64,000 nucleotides of DNA from Myxococcota bacterium (GTDB lineage: Bacteria > Myxococcota_A > Polyangia > Nannocystales > Nannocystaceae), in NCBI GenBank assembly GCA_039028615.1, contig JBCCHT010000028.1, positions 32,001 to 96,000 on the forward strand, read 5' to 3'. The position numbers and the translations under genes are program-made. Below, piece by piece: positions 9,838-20,831 of this stretch. Below the pieces are notes generated by a model that saw nothing but the letters and a program-made list of their open reading frames with translations, was not told where the DNA came from and did not search any database. Within the stretch, counting starts at the first letter, position 1. Each line of letters opens with the position of its first letter.

Positions 9838-10908
9838 TCACATGTTCTTGCGGTCCGTCACCCAGCCGGGATCCGTGCACAGGTCGCACCCGTCTCCTAT
9901 GAACAGGGCTTCGGCCTGCACGTCCCCCATCAGCTCCATGCGCAGCCACGCCGTGATCGGCCCCCGGTAGCCTCCCGCATCGCCGACCGGCTCGAAGTGG
10001 CTGGCGCCGAGCAGCTTGCCGTAGAAGGTCGGCACGTTCGACGGGCCGTAGACCAGCGACTCGACCAGGCCCGGCGAGACGATGGTGTCGCTGCCGCCCG
10101 ACATCACGAACATCGTGCCGCTCAGGCCACTCACGTTGCCCGGCGCGGGCTGGATGGGCACCACGGTGGACACTCGCGGGTCGCCCCCCGCGTTGATGCT
10201 CCCGCCCCCGCCCTGCGAGTGGCCGAGCGACCCGATCGAGTCGACATCGAGCGCCCCGTAGAATTCAGAAGCCCCGAGCGCGTTCTGGTCGATCAACCAG
10301 CTCATGCCCTCGATCATCTCCATACCCGAACCGGTCTGCGTGCTGTTGGACGCAATGACCACGAAGCCGTGGCTCGCGAGGTGCTCGAGCAACCCCGCGT
10401 AGTACTGCGGGATGGCGAAGGTCCCGTTGCCCCACGTCAGGATGGGGTGCTCGAACCCGCTGCTGGCCACGTTGGCGGGATAGTGCAGCGCAAAGGCGCC
10501 CCCCGGCCCTTCGTTGTATCGCGTGGTGACCGAAAAGGGCCCCGGCTGGTCGAAGCTGGCCACCGCGGGGAAGCCCGGGTCCGGGTCGGCCGGCGGCTCG
10601 TCATCGCCTCCCGAGTCCGCGCCGTCTCCCGGACCTGGGTCCTCGCCGCCCGTGCTGTCGCCCATCCCGTCGTCATCATCATCGTCGCCACCGAAGGTCT
10701 CGTCCGACGGCGCGTCTGCGGCCCCGGCGTCGTTGTCGTCCTCGTCCTCGTCCTCGTCCCCCGTCGGCCCCACCGAGCCCGCGGAGGCCGGACCGACCCC
10801 GGGCGTTCCCCAGGTGGTTCCCATGTCCCCTCCGGCGGCACACCCCGAGGCCAGCAACACCCCGAGAGGCCACGCCACCTGCACCTTTAAGCACTTCCGC
10901 GTCGTCAT
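9838..10908 (-). CDS. Cutinase/lipase (polyester hydrolase, P. mendocina cutinase-like) lipoprotein
   Basis: LLASGC lipobox, acidic linker, WGNGT, LASHGFVV, GHSQGGGG, MSGGSDTI, SHFEPVG, TAWLR, C-terminal CxxC. Confidence 0.85.
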   Translation of the reverse strand: MTTRKCLKVQVAWPLGVLLASGCAAGGDMGTTWGTPGVGPASAGSVGPTGDEDEDEDDNDAGAADAPSDETFGGDDDDDDGMGDSTGGEDPGPGDGADSGGDDEPPADPDPGFPAVASFDQPGPFSVTTRYNEGPGGAFALHYPANVASSGFEHPILTWGNGTFAIPQYYAGLLEHLASHGFVVIASNSTQTGSGMEMIEGMSWLIDQNALGASEFYGALDVDSIGSLGHSQGGGGSINAGGDPRVSTVVPIQPAPGNVSGLSGTMFVMSGGSDTIVSPGLVESLVYGPSNVPTFYGKLLGASHFEPVGDAGGYRGPITAWLRMELMGDVQAEALFIGDGCDLCTDPGWVTDRKNM

Positions 10909-11098
10909 GCATGCTCACAGTTACGGCCCGCGCCGCTTCGATCACGGCGTCGTCGAGGTGTTTCGGTCTGCTCGCTGACCCCGGATACACGCGGGGCTCG
11001 TTTTGCAGGGAACGGCTCGGATCACGCATCGCCGCAAACGCATCGGGGCCGATGACGAACGTCATCGACCCCGCATGGCCGCCATCCCCGGCGCGTCG

Positions 11099-12436
11099 CT
11101 AGATCGGGATGTACAGCAGCTGCGTGCCCGCCACGAGATCGGGCGTGTTGCAGTTGAACTGGAACCCGGTCGCAGAGTCCAGCTGGATCCCCGAGGTCGC
11201 CTCGGCCCCGTTGTCGGCGCTGTTGCCCGCGTTGATGGTGTCCTCGTAGCAGACGTCGATGTTGCCGGACGCCTCGTGCAGCACCACCTGGAAGCGCATC
11301 AGGTCGGACGCATCCCCCGAGAAGTTGGCGGTATCGAACTGCACCACGAAGCGCTGGTCGCCCGGCATGCCGAGCAGCTCGTAGCGCACCGCACCCGCGC
11401 CCACCGTGGGGTTCAGGTCGTCCCAGAACACGTAGAGCATGTTGGTCGAGGGCGAGGACGCGGTGGGCAGACAGCTGTTGGTCAGGCCCATCTCCGCGGG
11501 GCTGCCGAAGTGGATGGCCCCGTTGGACTGCAGCGTGATGTCCGTGTAGTCGACGCCGTAGAACGGGAACGTAAAGCCCATCGGCACGGTCGCGGCGTCG
11601 TCATCGGTGAGCCCCGCGTTGGTGCCCGTGGCACTGATGTCGTCGCACAGTGTCATGGGCAGGCTGAGCGCAAAGCCGTTGTAGCCGACGTCGCTGCCGA
11701 AGGGCACGCCCGGGATGTCGCACTCGGAGAAGTCGTAGGTGCAGCTCGGCGTGCAGCTCAGCGTGCCCCCGGTCAGGCCCAGCGAAGCGCAGTCGTTGCC
11801 GGCCAGGTCGAGGCCGTCGCAGCTCTCTGGATCTTGGGTGATGCCGTCGCCACACAGCGCGCACGCGGTGGTGTCGTAGAAGCAGTCGTCACCGCAGGTC
11901 ACCGTGCCGCCCTCGAAGCCGAGGGTGAAGCAATCGACGTCCTCGGGCACTCCTCCTTCGCACTCCTCCGCCAGATCGAGGGTCCCGTTGCCGCAGATGA
12001 AGCAGCCGAGGAGGTTGTAGTCCTCGCAGGTCAGCAGGCACCCGAGCTGTCCGCCTTCGTGGCCCAGCGACTGGCAGGTCTCGCCGTTGAGCTGCGCCAG
12101 GTCGCAGACCTCGTTGCCTTCGATGACGTTGTTGCCACAGACGGAGACCTCACCGGTCGACCCGGCGCCCGTGCTGCCTCCCGTGCTTCCGGTCGCCCCG
12201 GTCGAGCTGCCCCCGTCGGCCGCGGCCGTCGACTCGCCCGCGGAGCCCTCGTCGACCCCCGACTCGTCGGTCTGCGCGGTGGCGGGATCGGTGGTGTTGC
12301 CGTCGTCGCTGGTCAGCGGGCCGATGCCAGTGGTGGCGGTCGTCAGCCCGGTCGTGGATGGAGAAGAGTCGTCGCCGCATGCACCGAGAAACGACAACGC
12401 CAAACACACGGTAGGACAGACGATCCGGTAACCCAT
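11099..12436 (-). CDS. Lipoprotein with Myxococcus Cys-rich repeats and nidogen-like C-terminal domain
   Basis: LGAC lipobox, Thr/Gly linker, three CG(N/D)x..E.C(D/E) repeats, DDD..GFTFPFYG..SNG. Confidence 0.75.
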   Translation of the reverse strand: MGYRIVCPTVCLALSFLGACGDDSSPSTTGLTTATTGIGPLTSDDGNTTDPATAQTDESGVDEGSAGESTAAADGGSSTGATGSTGGSTGAGSTGEVSVCGNNVIEGNEVCDLAQLNGETCQSLGHEGGQLGCLLTCEDYNLLGCFICGNGTLDLAEECEGGVPEDVDCFTLGFEGGTVTCGDDCFYDTTACALCGDGITQDPESCDGLDLAGNDCASLGLTGGTLSCTPSCTYDFSECDIPGVPFGSDVGYNGFALSLPMTLCDDISATGTNAGLTDDDAATVPMGFTFPFYGVDYTDITLQSNGAIHFGSPAEMGLTNSCLPTASSPSTNMLYVFWDDLNPTVGAGAVRYELLGMPGDQRFVVQFDTANFSGDASDLMRFQVVLHEASGNIDVCYEDTINAGNSADNGAEATSGIQLDSATGFQFNCNTPDLVAGTQLLYIPI

Positions 12437-12473
12437 GGTCCCGACTATACACGGGCCGAGCTACGGGCTGGCA

Positions 12474-15053
12474 TCAAAAGGCAATATTGTCTTCGACGAT
12501 CGGATCGACCTCGTTGCTCCACCGCGGCAGCGTGCCGGTGTAGAGCATGGAGTACGCCGCCGACACTTCGGTGACCCGCTTGGTGTAGCGGTAGCTCTCC
12601 TCGAACGCGATTTCCTCTACGAAGGTGTCGAGCTCGAGGGTCGCCCCCTCGCCCGACTTGGCCCGGAGCCAGCGTCCTACATTGCTCGGGCCGCCGTTGT
12701 AGCTGGCGTAGGCCATGGGGGCTTGCCCGTGGAACTTCTTGAGCAGCTCCGACACGTACACCGCCGACAGGTGGGCGTTGGTGTCGATGTCGAACAACGC
12801 GTCGGAGTTGAAACGGCCGTCGGCGGGCATCTCGTCGATGCGCTGGGCGAGCTGGCGGGCGGTCCACGGCATGATCTGCAGTGCACCTCTCGCCCCCACG
12901 GGCGACACCACGTGTCGGCGAAACCGCGACTCGGTGTACATCAGCGACCACATGTGGATGGGGTCGAGACCCCGCAATCGGGCTTCGCGCTCGACGGGGC
13001 CGCGGTAGGCCCGTGGGTGCCAGCGTGCCTTGTAGGGCCCGTCGGCGGAGGTCGATAGCCGCGCCCACGCGTGCGGCTCGCTGAGATCGTGCGCCAGGGT
13101 TCGCAGGCTTCGTTGCAGCGCCTCGCTCTCCTCGGCGTTGCGCATGGTCTTGCGGCCGGCCGAGGTGGCCCGGGTGCGCGGGTACTCCCACTCCGCCTTC
13201 CACCCCAGGCCCACGAACAGCGCCTCGCTCCGCGGCCCGGGGCTGCGGCCCTTCTTGACGTCGGTGAAGGCTCGTGCGGCGTGCCGCAGCTCGCGGCGCG
13301 CCTCCTCGATGTAGCCGGCTTCGTACAGCTGTCGGGTGCGACGAATGGTGGGCCACGCCTCGCCGAAGCGGAGGTCGGCCGCCTCGAGGTGCCGCTCGGT
13401 GTCTTCGCGACCGGGGCGACGTGCTTCGTCGGCCACCGCGGGCAGCTCGGGCAAGGGCGGCGTCTCGACCCCCGCGTCGAGCAGGCGCTGGCGAGCGATC
13501 AGCCCGTAGTAGGTCCAGGCCCCGCCCGCGGCGAGCTGCTGGAGCAGCGACGTTCCTTCGGTGCGATGCTCTTCGGTCGGGCCTTGTAGCAACAGCTTGC
13601 CCAGGAAGTAGCGAGCCCGGGTAGCGTCGCGGCTGCGCCCGTCGGCGAGCTCGCGGAAGCCGTCGATCGCTTCGCCGTCGCGGCCGAGCCGATAGGCGAT
13701 CCACGGCCGCAGCCAGTCGCGCTCGCTTCGGTGACCCTTGTGATCGCGCTCGTAGGCCTCGAGCCAACGGTCGGCCTGCACGTAGCGACCGGCCCGAACC
13801 GCCAGCTGGAGCCCGTTCCACAGCCCGTTGGCCCGGGTGCTGCTGCGATCGTCGTCGACCCGCTTCTCCCAGATGGCCAGGGCCGGCTCGTACATCTCGC
13901 CGCGCTCGTAGCAGCGCAGCAGCCAGTCGCGGACGTCCCCGTTGATGCCCGAGTCGTACATCGGCCGCAGGTCGTCGACGCAGGTCTGGTAGTCGCGCTG
14001 CTTGTAGGCCGTGTACGAGCGCGAGCGCTGGGCCTGGCGGCGTCGCGAGCTCGACAGGTCGGGGTCGGCGATGAGCTCGTCGAGGATGCGTCGCGAGGTC
14101 TCGACGCGCCGCAGGCCACGGGCATAGACGGCCTGCTCGAGGCGCTCGCCCACGCTGAGGCTGCGCTGCTTGACCTTGGAGTTGGCGCTGGCCAGCGCGC
14201 TCAGCTCGGCCCACGCCACATCGGACTCGGGCTCGCCCGCGCGCTCGATGGTGATGCGCCGCAGGGTGTCGGCCGCCTCGGTGACGCTACCCGCCCGCAC
14301 CTGCGCCCGCGCCAACGCGAGCCGCAGCTCACCGATGCGGGGATGATTGGGATAGTCGAGGACCAGCTTGGTCATGGCCCCGGCGGCCTTCGATGCCGCA
14401 CGGGCGGTCGAGCGCTCGCTGCTGCCCTCGATCTCGGCCATGGCCTCGCCTTGCAGCACGCGCAGCTCGGCTCCGTTGCGCAGGGACTTGATGCGCCGCA
14501 GCTTCGACAGCTCGCGCACCGCTTGCTCGCGCTGCGCGTCGGCCTGCTCGGTGTCGAGGCTCCCCTGGCGGGCCCACTCGACCCGCGCCTGGGCCAGCTC
14601 GTAGCCGACGACATCGGGAGGAAACAGCGCCTCCAGATCGTCGTGCGTGGTCAGTGGCTCCAGCACCGCGACGGCCTCGCCGGGCTGCCCTCGCATTCGC
14701 ATCGCGCGGCCTCGAAGGGCGCTGTGGACGAACCACTCGCGCGAGCCCGCCACCGTGGAGGGCTCGGCATCGAGCAAGCGCAGCGCGGTCTCGGGATCGC
14801 GAGCGATCAGCGCAGTAGCCGCTCCGGGGCGGCCCTGCAGTGGCTCCACGGAAGAGCCTGGAGCAAAGGTCGGCAGACCTTCGTCTCCGGCCGCAGGGCC
14901 CTCGAGCGCGAACGCAGCCGATGCATTTTCCGCAGGGGCTTCGACCGGCGTCGGCTCGGCTTCCGCGGGCAACGCAGGCGTGACCGCTGCGCCCGTCAGC
15001 AGCACCAACCCGAGCCTCATGAGCAACGGTCGGCGCGACTTTACAGGCTTCAT
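12474..15053 (-). CDS. Soluble lytic transglycosylase (Slt-type) with helical/TPR region
   Basis: Signal peptide; MYTESRF (catalytic Glu), GARGALQIMP, ASYNGG, ESYRYTKRV. Confidence 0.9.
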   Translation of the reverse strand: MKPVKSRRPLLMRLGLVLLTGAAVTPALPAEAEPTPVEAPAENASAAFALEGPAAGDEGLPTFAPGSSVEPLQGRPGAATALIARDPETALRLLDAEPSTVAGSREWFVHSALRGRAMRMRGQPGEAVAVLEPLTTHDDLEALFPPDVVGYELAQARVEWARQGSLDTEQADAQREQAVRELSKLRRIKSLRNGAELRVLQGEAMAEIEGSSERSTARAASKAAGAMTKLVLDYPNHPRIGELRLALARAQVRAGSVTEAADTLRRITIERAGEPESDVAWAELSALASANSKVKQRSLSVGERLEQAVYARGLRRVETSRRILDELIADPDLSSSRRRQAQRSRSYTAYKQRDYQTCVDDLRPMYDSGINGDVRDWLLRCYERGEMYEPALAIWEKRVDDDRSSTRANGLWNGLQLAVRAGRYVQADRWLEAYERDHKGHRSERDWLRPWIAYRLGRDGEAIDGFRELADGRSRDATRARYFLGKLLLQGPTEEHRTEGTSLLQQLAAGGAWTYYGLIARQRLLDAGVETPPLPELPAVADEARRPGREDTERHLEAADLRFGEAWPTIRRTRQLYEAGYIEEARRELRHAARAFTDVKKGRSPGPRSEALFVGLGWKAEWEYPRTRATSAGRKTMRNAEESEALQRSLRTLAHDLSEPHAWARLSTSADGPYKARWHPRAYRGPVEREARLRGLDPIHMWSLMYTESRFRRHVVSPVGARGALQIMPWTARQLAQRIDEMPADGRFNSDALFDIDTNAHLSAVYVSELLKKFHGQAPMAYASYNGGPSNVGRWLRAKSGEGATLELDTFVEEIAFEESYRYTKRVTEVSAAYSMLYTGTLPRWSNEVDPIVEDNIAF

Positions 15054-15164
15054 CGATCCCCTACTTCGACGTTAGCACGGGTACGTTGACCACGCCCAAA
15101 ACGGTGCGCCTTGGGTCACATGGTGTGCAACTCGCGCACCTCCCACGGCACAACCTCTACCGCT

Positions 15165-17612
15165 ATGGTCCGGCCCGTGAACCTCCAACGACCTCCCCAT
15201 CAACTCGTCGCGACCGTCATTGGAGCGGGCACGATGGGGGCCCAGATTGCGGCCCACCTCGCCAACGCGGGCGTGCGGACCCACCTGCTCGACATCGTAC
15301 CCAAGGGTGCGGACAAGAGCGCAGGCAAGGGTGCACGCGATGCCATCGCCGCCGGAGCCCTCAAGCAGATGCTCAAGGCCAAGCCGGCTCCCTTCATGGA
15401 CAAGGCCTTCGCAGCCAAGCTCACGGTGGGGAACTTGGACGACGACCTCGAGTCCGCCGTCGCGGCCAGCGACCTGGTGGTGGAGGTGGTCATCGAGCGG
15501 CTGGACATCAAGCAGCCGCTGTTCGAGCGCATCGGCAAGGCCGCGCCCGAGCACGCCGTGCTCGCCACGAACACCTCGGGGCTGCCCATCGGGGACATCG
15601 TGGCCAAGCTGGCGCCGGAGATTCAGCGCCGCGTCGTGGGCATGCACTGGTTCAACCCGCCCCGATACATGCACCTGCTCGAGATCGTGCCGTCCGAGCA
15701 CACCGACCCGGCCATCGCCGCGCAGCTCGGTGAGTTCAGCGACAAGGTGCTGGGCAAGGGCGTGGTCATGTGCCGCGACACCCCCAACTTCATCGGCAAC
15801 CGGATCGGCATCGGCGAGATGATGCTGACCTTCAAGGCGGCCTTCGAGGACGGCTACACCGTCGAAGAGGTCGACCTGCTCAACGGCAAGCTGATGGGGC
15901 GCCCCAAGATGGGCAGCTTCCGCCTCGGCGACCTGGTGGGCATCGACGTGGCCGCGCTGGTCATCGAGAACCTCGCCAAGGCCACCTCTGCCGAGGAAGG
16001 CCACCCGAACTTCGACGAGCTGCACGGGCTGATGAAGGTCCACCCCGCGCTCACCAAGATGTTCGAAAAGGGCCTCAAAGGCGACAAGACCGGCAAGGGC
16101 TTCTACAAGAAGACCCGCGACGAGGCCGGCAAGCGCAAGATCCTCTCGCTCGACCTCACCACGCTCGAGTATCGCGACCGCCAGGAGCCCGACTTCCCCG
16201 AGCTGAAGGCCGCCCAAAAAGAGCGCAAGCTCCCCGCCCGCATCGCCGCCGCGCTGCGAGCCGAGGGCCGCGCGGGCGACTTCCTGCGCAACCTCTACCT
16301 GCCGCTGTTCAACTACGCGGCCAACCGCCTGGGCGAGATCACCGACGACCCCCGCAGCGTCGACGATGCGATGTGCTGGGGCTACGGCTGGACCACCGGT
16401 CCCTTCGCCATGTGGGACGCGGCCGGCTTCGGCTGGGTGATCGAGCAGATGAAGGCAGCCGGCATCAGCCCGGCCAAGAACGCCCTCGCGCTGCTCGAGG
16501 CCAAGGGTGACGACGCCAGCTGGTACGGCACCGACATCGCCGAGCCCACCATGTGGTCGGCCGAGGCGGGCAAGCACGTGCCCGTGCCCTCCACCGAGGG
16601 CATGCTCTTCCTGCCCCAGCGCAAGGCTCAGGTCGGCGTCATCAAGAAGAACGCCAGCGCCAGCCTCCTGGACATCGGCGACGGCATCGCCTGCGTCGAG
16701 TTCCACGCCAAGATGAACGCCATCGACGAGGGCATCGCCACGATGCTCTCCGAGGCGGTCGACTACGCCACGGAGACCGAGAACTTCCGCGGCATCGTGG
16801 TCGGCAACCAGGGCAGCAACTTCTCGGCCGGCGCAAACCTCTTCGTCATCCTCGCGCTCGCGGGGCAGTCGAAGTGGGACGAGCTGGACGAGTTCGTCAA
16901 CGCCTTCCAGCAGACGATGATGAAGCTACGGCACTCGCCGGTCCCGGTGGTCGCGGCCCCCTTCGGGCTGACCCTGGGCGGCGGCGCCGAGGTGACCCTG
17001 GCCTCGTCGGCCGTGTGTGCCGACGCCGAGCTGTACATGGGCCTGGTGGAAGCGGGCGTGGGCCTGGTGCCCGCGGGCGGCGGTCTCAAGGAGATTGCCC
17101 GACGCGCCTCCGAGTGGGCGGCCCAGATTCCCGACGGTGACCCGTACCCCTGGCTGCGACGCGGCTTCGAGGGCGCGGCCCAGGGCAAGGTGGCCACCTC
17201 GGCCCACGAGGCCCGCGGCCTCGGCTACCTGCGCACCACCGACAGCATCGTGTTCAACAAGCGACGCGTCATCGCCGAGGCCAAAAAGCGCGCCATCGGC
17301 CTGGCCGAGGGTGGCTACGCGCCGCCCGACCCCAACGCCCCGATCACCGCCATCGGCGTCAACCAGGGCGCCAACTTCCTCATGGGAGCGGCGCAGTTCG
17401 AGTGGGGCGGCTACGCCAGCGAGCACGACCGACTCATCGGCGAGAAGATCGCCCACGTGCTCACCGGCGGCATGACGGCCGTCCCGGGCACGGCCACCGC
17501 CCAGCAGTTCCTCGACCTCGAGCGCGAGGCCTTCGTCAGCCTGGCCGGCACCCAAAAGACCCGCGATCGCATCGCGCACACCCTCAAGACCGGCAAGCCG
17601 CTCCGCAACTAG
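15165..17612 (+). CDS. fadN: 3-hydroxyacyl-CoA dehydrogenase/enoyl-CoA hydratase (FadN-type)
   Basis: VIGAGTMGAQIAAH, TNTSGLPI, HWFNPPRYMHLLE, NFSAGANL, GLVPAGGG, C-terminal TGKPLRN. Confidence 0.92.
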   Translation: MVRPVNLQRPPHQLVATVIGAGTMGAQIAAHLANAGVRTHLLDIVPKGADKSAGKGARDAIAAGALKQMLKAKPAPFMDKAFAAKLTVGNLDDDLESAVAASDLVVEVVIERLDIKQPLFERIGKAAPEHAVLATNTSGLPIGDIVAKLAPEIQRRVVGMHWFNPPRYMHLLEIVPSEHTDPAIAAQLGEFSDKVLGKGVVMCRDTPNFIGNRIGIGEMMLTFKAAFEDGYTVEEVDLLNGKLMGRPKMGSFRLGDLVGIDVAALVIENLAKATSAEEGHPNFDELHGLMKVHPALTKMFEKGLKGDKTGKGFYKKTRDEAGKRKILSLDLTTLEYRDRQEPDFPELKAAQKERKLPARIAAALRAEGRAGDFLRNLYLPLFNYAANRLGEITDDPRSVDDAMCWGYGWTTGPFAMWDAAGFGWVIEQMKAAGISPAKNALALLEAKGDDASWYGTDIAEPTMWSAEAGKHVPVPSTEGMLFLPQRKAQVGVIKKNASASLLDIGDGIACVEFHAKMNAIDEGIATMLSEAVDYATETENFRGIVVGNQGSNFSAGANLFVILALAGQSKWDELDEFVNAFQQTMMKLRHSPVPVVAAPFGLTLGGGAEVTLASSAVCADAELYMGLVEAGVGLVPAGGGLKEIARRASEWAAQIPDGDPYPWLRRGFEGAAQGKVATSAHEARGLGYLRTTDSIVFNKRRVIAEAKKRAIGLAEGGYAPPDPNAPITAIGVNQGANFLMGAAQFEWGGYASEHDRLIGEKIAHVLTGGMTAVPGTATAQQFLDLEREAFVSLAGTQKTRDRIAHTLKTGKPLRN

Positions 17613-17642
17613 CCGCAGCCCAACGAGAAAAGGAATCAAGCA

Positions 17643-18794
<1,152 letters not shown>

Positions 18795-18820
18795 CCCTCG
18801 ACGACTCCGTCGCTTCTCGA

Positions 18821-18853
18821 ACGGCCGGGCCCGCACCACGCGAGCCCGGCCGT
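18821..18853. terminator. GC-rich stem-loop between convergent fadA and the small ORF (possible bidirectional terminator)
   Basis: ACGGCCGGGCCCGC-accac-GCGAGCCCGGCCGT, 14-bp stem with one mismatch; no U tract. Confidence 0.5.
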
Positions 18854-18867
18854 CGTACGTTCAGCCG

Positions 18868-19125
18868 CTACTCGCAGCTCGAACCATCGTCGAGCGCCGT
18901 CTCCCACATCACACAATCCAGAGGAATCGGCGCCGCACAGGTATTGGAAAGATCGTTCGCCGGAGGCCCCGTCTCGTCACAACAATCGCCGACATCCGTC
19001 CCCCGACACTCCACCTCGTCCGGACGCGGCGCCGCACAAGTCTCATCCACCTCGACCACCACGCTGCGCTCAGCCTCGCCCGCGGTAGCCCAGTTCCCAA
19101 ACAGTGACTTCAATACGCTCTTCAT
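18868..19125 (-). CDS. Small acidic Cys-rich protein (85 aa), unknown function
   Basis: ATG with purine-rich upstream sequence; 7 Cys, 18 D/E; internal TCAAP repeat; ends just before the hairpin. Confidence 0.5.
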   Translation of the reverse strand: MKSVLKSLFGNWATAGEAERSVVVEVDETCAAPRPDEVECRGTDVGDCCDETGPPANDLSNTCAAPIPLDCVMWETALDDGSSCE

Positions 19126-19263
19126 TCAAAGCAACTACTGTCCCTATCCACCCCCCATTTCCTCCAGACGATTTCCTTTCCCCAAGCGGACGTGCCACCA
19201 GGCCGCCTCACTCGACCTCAACTCATCCAACCGGACCGCCCCCGCTCAACCGCTCGAGCACAG

Positions 19264-19354
19264 CCCCCGCACCGCCCCGACCCCTCCGAGCAATCTCCAA
19301 TCACGAACCCCCGCACCGCCCGACCCTCCGAGCAATCCCAGATCACGAGCCCCC
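19264..19354. repeat. Imperfect ~43-bp tandem direct repeat (2 copies)
   Basis: CCCCGCACCGCCC(C)GACCC(C)TCCGAGCAATC....ATCACGA occurs twice. Confidence 0.8.
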
Positions 19355-19634
19355 CTCATATTCACCAACCCACCCCCCCATCGACCGCCCCCGATGTCCG
19401 TGACCGGCACGATCGATTCCGCCCCTCGAACTGCAGATCCCGCCGATGACCCAAACGACCCCTTCCCGACCCGAGATCCACCGACCCGTCTAGTTTTGGT
19501 GCACAGTCCGAATTCAGGACAACGTTATTCACGTGAGATTGGCCCATTAAACTCAGTTCGCTCTATTCAAACGTGCCTTGAGATACCGAGTTTTCATAGA
19601 GTGATCCTCTAGACTGGGGCCTACGAACCCCACT

Positions 19635-20801
19635 ATGGAACGTCGATCTGCCGTGCGAACCCGACCGTATTCCGGGGCCCCCTCCCCGGGGGTTCCGCAG
19701 CGGATCGAGGACGACTATCGGCCAGTTCGCTTCCCCAACAATGGCCCCCTCAAGCCCGGCGACCGCGTCGGCCGATACATCGTCCGCACCAAGCTCGGCC
19801 GCGGCGGCATGGGAGTCGTCTACGGAGCCTACGATCCGGTCCTGGGTCGCCGCGTCGCCCTGAAGCTCGTCCGCCACCGCGACACCCCCGAGAGCCTCGA
19901 CGCCAAGGTCGACGAACGCCTGCGCCGCGAGGCCCAGGCCCTCGCCCGGCTCTCGCACCCCAACGTCGTCTCGCTGTACGACGTCGGAGCCTGCGAGCAC
20001 GGGGACTACCTGGCGCTCGAGCTGGTCCCGGGGATCGACCTGGACCGCTGGCTCCGCAAGCAGACCCGCCCCTGGCAGAAGCAGCTCGAGATCTTCCTCG
20101 ACGCGGGCCGAGGGCTGGCCGCCGCCCATGCGGCTGGCCTCATCCATCGCGACTTCAAGCCCACCAACGTGATCGTGGGACCGCAGGGCCACGTGACGGT
20201 GGTGGACTTCGGCCTGGCCCGCTCGGCCGAGCTCGACACCACCGTGGCCAACAAAGCCATGGATCGCGAGCCCGATGCCCCGCAGGGCGTGCTGCTGTCG
20301 CGACGGCTGACGGGCACCCACGTCATCGTGGGCACGCGCGGCTACATGGCACCAGAGCAGCTCCTCGGCTTGGCCGTGGGCCCTCGTGCCGACCAGTTTT
20401 CGTTCTGCGTGTCGCTGTACGAGGCGCTGTACGGGGTCCGGCCCTACCCGGGGAAGAACGCGGTGGAGACGGCCACGTCGTTCGCCCGCGGCACGCTGGT
20501 CGAGCCCGAAGAGCGCAACGGCGTCCCCGCTCGCCTGCACGAGACGATCATGACCGGGCTGAGCATCGAGCCCGGCGATCGCTTCCCCACCATGGACGCC
20601 CTGATGTCGGAGCTGCGCCGCGCCCTGCCGATCTCGCGCGCACGGTGGCTGCTGGCCGCGGCGCTGGCCGGCACCGCGATGGTCTCGGCCACGCTCGGCG
20701 CCACCGCCCACGCCAGCTTCGCCGAGCCCGAGGCCCGCCCCGCCGCGACCTCCTGCGACTCGACCACGGCCAACGGCACGCCCGAGCAACTCACCGACTG
20801 A
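19635..20801 (+). CDS. Ser/Thr protein kinase with one TM segment and short tail
   Basis: LGRGGMGVVY, VALK, HRDFKPTN, DFGLA, GTRGYMAPE. Confidence 0.92.
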   Translation: MERRSAVRTRPYSGAPSPGVPQRIEDDYRPVRFPNNGPLKPGDRVGRYIVRTKLGRGGMGVVYGAYDPVLGRRVALKLVRHRDTPESLDAKVDERLRREAQALARLSHPNVVSLYDVGACEHGDYLALELVPGIDLDRWLRKQTRPWQKQLEIFLDAGRGLAAAHAAGLIHRDFKPTNVIVGPQGHVTVVDFGLARSAELDTTVANKAMDREPDAPQGVLLSRRLTGTHVIVGTRGYMAPEQLLGLAVGPRADQFSFCVSLYEALYGVRPYPGKNAVETATSFARGTLVEPEERNGVPARLHETIMTGLSIEPGDRFPTMDALMSELRRALPISRARWLLAAALAGTAMVSATLGATAHASFAEPEARPAATSCDSTTANGTPEQLTD

Positions 20802-20831
20802 GCGCCACCCTGTCGCGGCCGAGGCTCGGTT

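Noticed and set aside
19182..19197. Sigma-54 promoter (TGGCACG on the minus strand) for the small ORF
   Set aside because: The -12 element is misplaced by one base and reads TTGG rather than TTGC.
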